Below, one piece after another: positions 61,126-64,000 of a DNA stretch of 64,000 bases (its first letter is position 1; each line of letters starts with the position of its first letter). The stretch is taken from contig CM106585.1 of assembly GCA_048013815.1 (NCBI GenBank), positions 20,646,001 through 20,710,000 of the forward strand, written 5' to 3'. The notes below the pieces were generated by a model. The model was not told the origin of the DNA and searched no databases. It saw nothing but the letters and a program-made list of their open reading frames with translations. The translations under genes were made by a program, and so were the position numbers. This stretch comes from Setoptus koraiensis (lineage: Eukaryota; Animalia; Arthropoda).

Positions 61126-64000
61126 GTAAGTACAAACCCAATCAATTGGTCTAGTTCGCCAGCACCTGTTCCCGTTGATGGCACCTTTAATTAGCCTCTA
61201 GTTAAGCATAAACGTTTGCAACGGTTAACCGGATTAGCCCGCAATGTAGATGATAATCATCATCACAGCAAGCGTACAATCTAATCAACCGAGATCTTTT
61301 GCTTGTTGTCGTTGTTGTTGTTATTGTTGCAAATTTGAGTGGCCAATTTGTTCCATCTTGCACTTGTTAGCTGGAAAGTTTATAAGCTCTTTAGTCCACT
61401 TAGGTGTACTTATTAATGGTTGATGGTAGTTGTTTATGAATTACAATAGCGTTTGTCTGTATCAAGTTCAAATCATTAATCTAAATCAATCAAATCATTA
61501 AGAGATTGCCATCGCCTCAACATCAGGTTGTTGTTGTTGTTCATTTTAATCTCTCATGAGTATCACATAATAATAATAATAATAATGATGATGATAGTGC
61601 TTACGACTATTCCACTAGCTTAATGCTTACTGGAATTTAACCAATGTTTTCCCTTTAGATACAGACAACGCCAACCGTTACTCCTCGCTCGCTATTTTGA
61701 TCAAATATGTGTTGGTGTTGTTTGCAATGCTAATCTTTCTCGTCTATACCAACACTCATGCTGGTGATGATAGGAACAGAAGGACTGCAACCATTTCAGA
61801 TATTATCTAATCCTGATGTCTGAGATGATGATGATGAGATGATTAAGCGAGAGTTGCATCCGATGAGCGATTGCGACAATGATGATGGCCTCGTACTCCA
61901 GTGTGTATGACGCCATTATCTGTTGTAATATCAGTCCGAGTGTGTTGTTGTTGTTCGGTTAATATAATCTCGTTTGAGGATCGCAATCGACATCATATTG
62001 ACAACAATATATATTGCTATTGACAACAACAGAAATGATTTTTGGGCCTGTTTTGCTGGTTTCTTCCCAGAACAACAACAACAAATAAATAAATAATAAT
62101 AACACATTCCTAAACTGTTATGATGATGATGACAGCTGTTACAATAGCACTGATAATGTTAGTAAATAACGGGTTAATGTTGGAGGCCTAGCCGTAATTT
62201 AGATTGCTGTAAACACTGTTGGTGATAGGCATTTTCCGGAACAACAACAAACCCATGGAACTCCATGGAACAAACACCATTATCTCTTCATTTTGGCTCT
62301 ATTATATGCTGGCATGGCGAAGATGCTGTGTTTCCATATTCTTTCAATCGATTCTTTCTGGAAAAAGGGATTATTACCGTTATTAGAGTGATTATTACTA
62401 TTATTAGAGTGATTAGAGATACAAAAATGTTCCAGACAGTTGTTGTTGTCTAATTAATTGATTTAATTAATTGTACGAATCGTGATGAAAAGTTGATTTT
62501 AGAAAATTGCGGCCGCATATAGTGCACTTGTTACAGAGCGCCAAATTTGAAAAGGCCAAAAGTTTCGCGCCATAAAGCTAGGGCAGCCATTTTTGTGTGG
62601 TATTGTTGTTGTTGTTGTTGTCGTTATTATCATTATTTCTCAACATGATTTTGCGAGTACACAGTTTGCAACATTTTGCAACATTGGATTTTACTGGATT
62701 TTCATCAATGATAAATAGATGATAGACAGAGATTAATTAGCCACTCTTTTAGCGTGAGATAGCCAGACAATGTGATGAGTTGTGAAGTGTAGTCAAGTGG
62801 AATGGAGTGGATAGAATTGAATTGGATTATTATATTGGAGTTGAGTGGAGTGAATTGAAGTGGAGTCTGTGATAAATTAGGAAGGTGAACATTTGAGCAA
62901 AAATCAGTTATGTATAGTGGTCCCATAGAAACAAGAGAGACACAGACGATGGCAGACATAGTTGTCGTAATGATGTGGTAGTTGCTCAAAAATAGTGGCA
63001 CTTAGACAAGGAGCAGACAAAGCGTCCTGGCCAGAACATTGTTGTTGGTGGCCATCATGAGAGTGCTCCAACAACAACAACAACATCAGCAACAGCATTG
63101 AAACAACAATTAATAATTGATTTAATTGTTGCTGTTCTCCATATTTTCCTTGTTATTGTGCGGCAAAATTGGCTAATTCAGCATACTTATAGTTCAATCA
63201 GTTAGCTAGTTTTAGTGTCAATCTATATGTTTGATAGTGTCTATGTGACTAATTAATAATAATAATATCCATATAGGGCATGGTTATCGTGATGACATTT
63301 TGTTGACTTGTCTCTGATCGATGAACTGAATCTGATCGATTTGTCGGTACTTGCCAGCCAGACTGTACAAGAGTTTGCCATTAGTCCATTAATTAGTCCT
63401 GTTGTAGTCGTGTGTGCATGTGGCTAGACGCAACAACAACAACAACAACAACAGCAACGACAACAACAACAACGACAACAACATCAACAACAAAGGCACT
63501 TAATGCTAACAATTCTCAAAGCAACATCGATACACACAGATATTATTAATAATATAGATATAAGATTTATATAAACAGATGTTTGTGCAATTGTCATTGT
63601 TTGGTGGCCGTAGTCTAGTCGAATTGAGGCTCTCGCTTTGTGTGTGTCTAGTCTTGTGGCCCGATGATTTACTCAGCTGATCTTATTGAACGATATGAGT
63701 CAAGACGCCCACGCACACATTATAGAGACACTATTGAGACATAATAGATACGGATCACCTCTTTACTGTGCTACTCTTAATTCAATTGCTAATAATTGTG
63801 TCTACTACTTGACCTTTGAGGAACAACAATAACAACCACGATCATCTTTTCTTTGCCTCCCTCTCTCCCTGCCGCGTTCTGTGTTGGTGTGGCTGTGTCT
63901 CCCTCGGTGTCTCCTTGTGTCTGTCGATCACCCACCTGCTCCACATAATCGTTGTTGTTAATCGTTTGCACAAACTGCAACAATTATGATGATGATGATG

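Noticed and set aside
61659-61810. Hydrophobic open frame after a strong acceptor as the next ABCB exon
   Set aside because: The hydrophobic frame needs phase 1 but the preceding exon ends in phase 2, and the phase-2 frame does not resemble TM12.

Overview
Eukaryotic (arthropod-like; by inference a compact, intron-poor mite-type genome) 64 kb window with about 11 protein-coding genes and GT-AG introns that could be placed by hand. In order: AFG3L2 (5'-partial), a six-exon KIF17/OSM-3 kinesin-2, a three-exon neurotactin-like inactive cholinesterase-family type II membrane protein, a ~21 kb GC-rich stretch without a recognisable CDS, a small MYND-finger gene, a large single-pass mucin-like membrane protein preceded by an NRF-domain-like exon, a tight housekeeping block (PRA1/RABAC1, UBR7, SMARCE1/BAF57, VPS33, CCDC124) and a 3'-partial ABCB full transporter. 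Most unusual observations: (1) a BAF57 homolog with the HMG box cleanly missing; (2) an 11.5 kb non-coding block (20441-31951) re-copied as a 4.45 kb version (40481-44932) that is shorter by about 7 kb at junctions with microhomology or templated filler, and that keeps a 506 bp core with one mismatch; (3) an ABCB with a Cys/His-rich, metallothionein-like linker and a ~120 aa low-complexity insertion inside NBD1; (4) a possible NRF + mucin stalk + TM + cytoplasmic beta-grasp-like protein. No rRNA, tRNA, CRISPR or transposase was recognised. All gene models and alignments were read by eye and need RNA-seq and homology-search confirmation.
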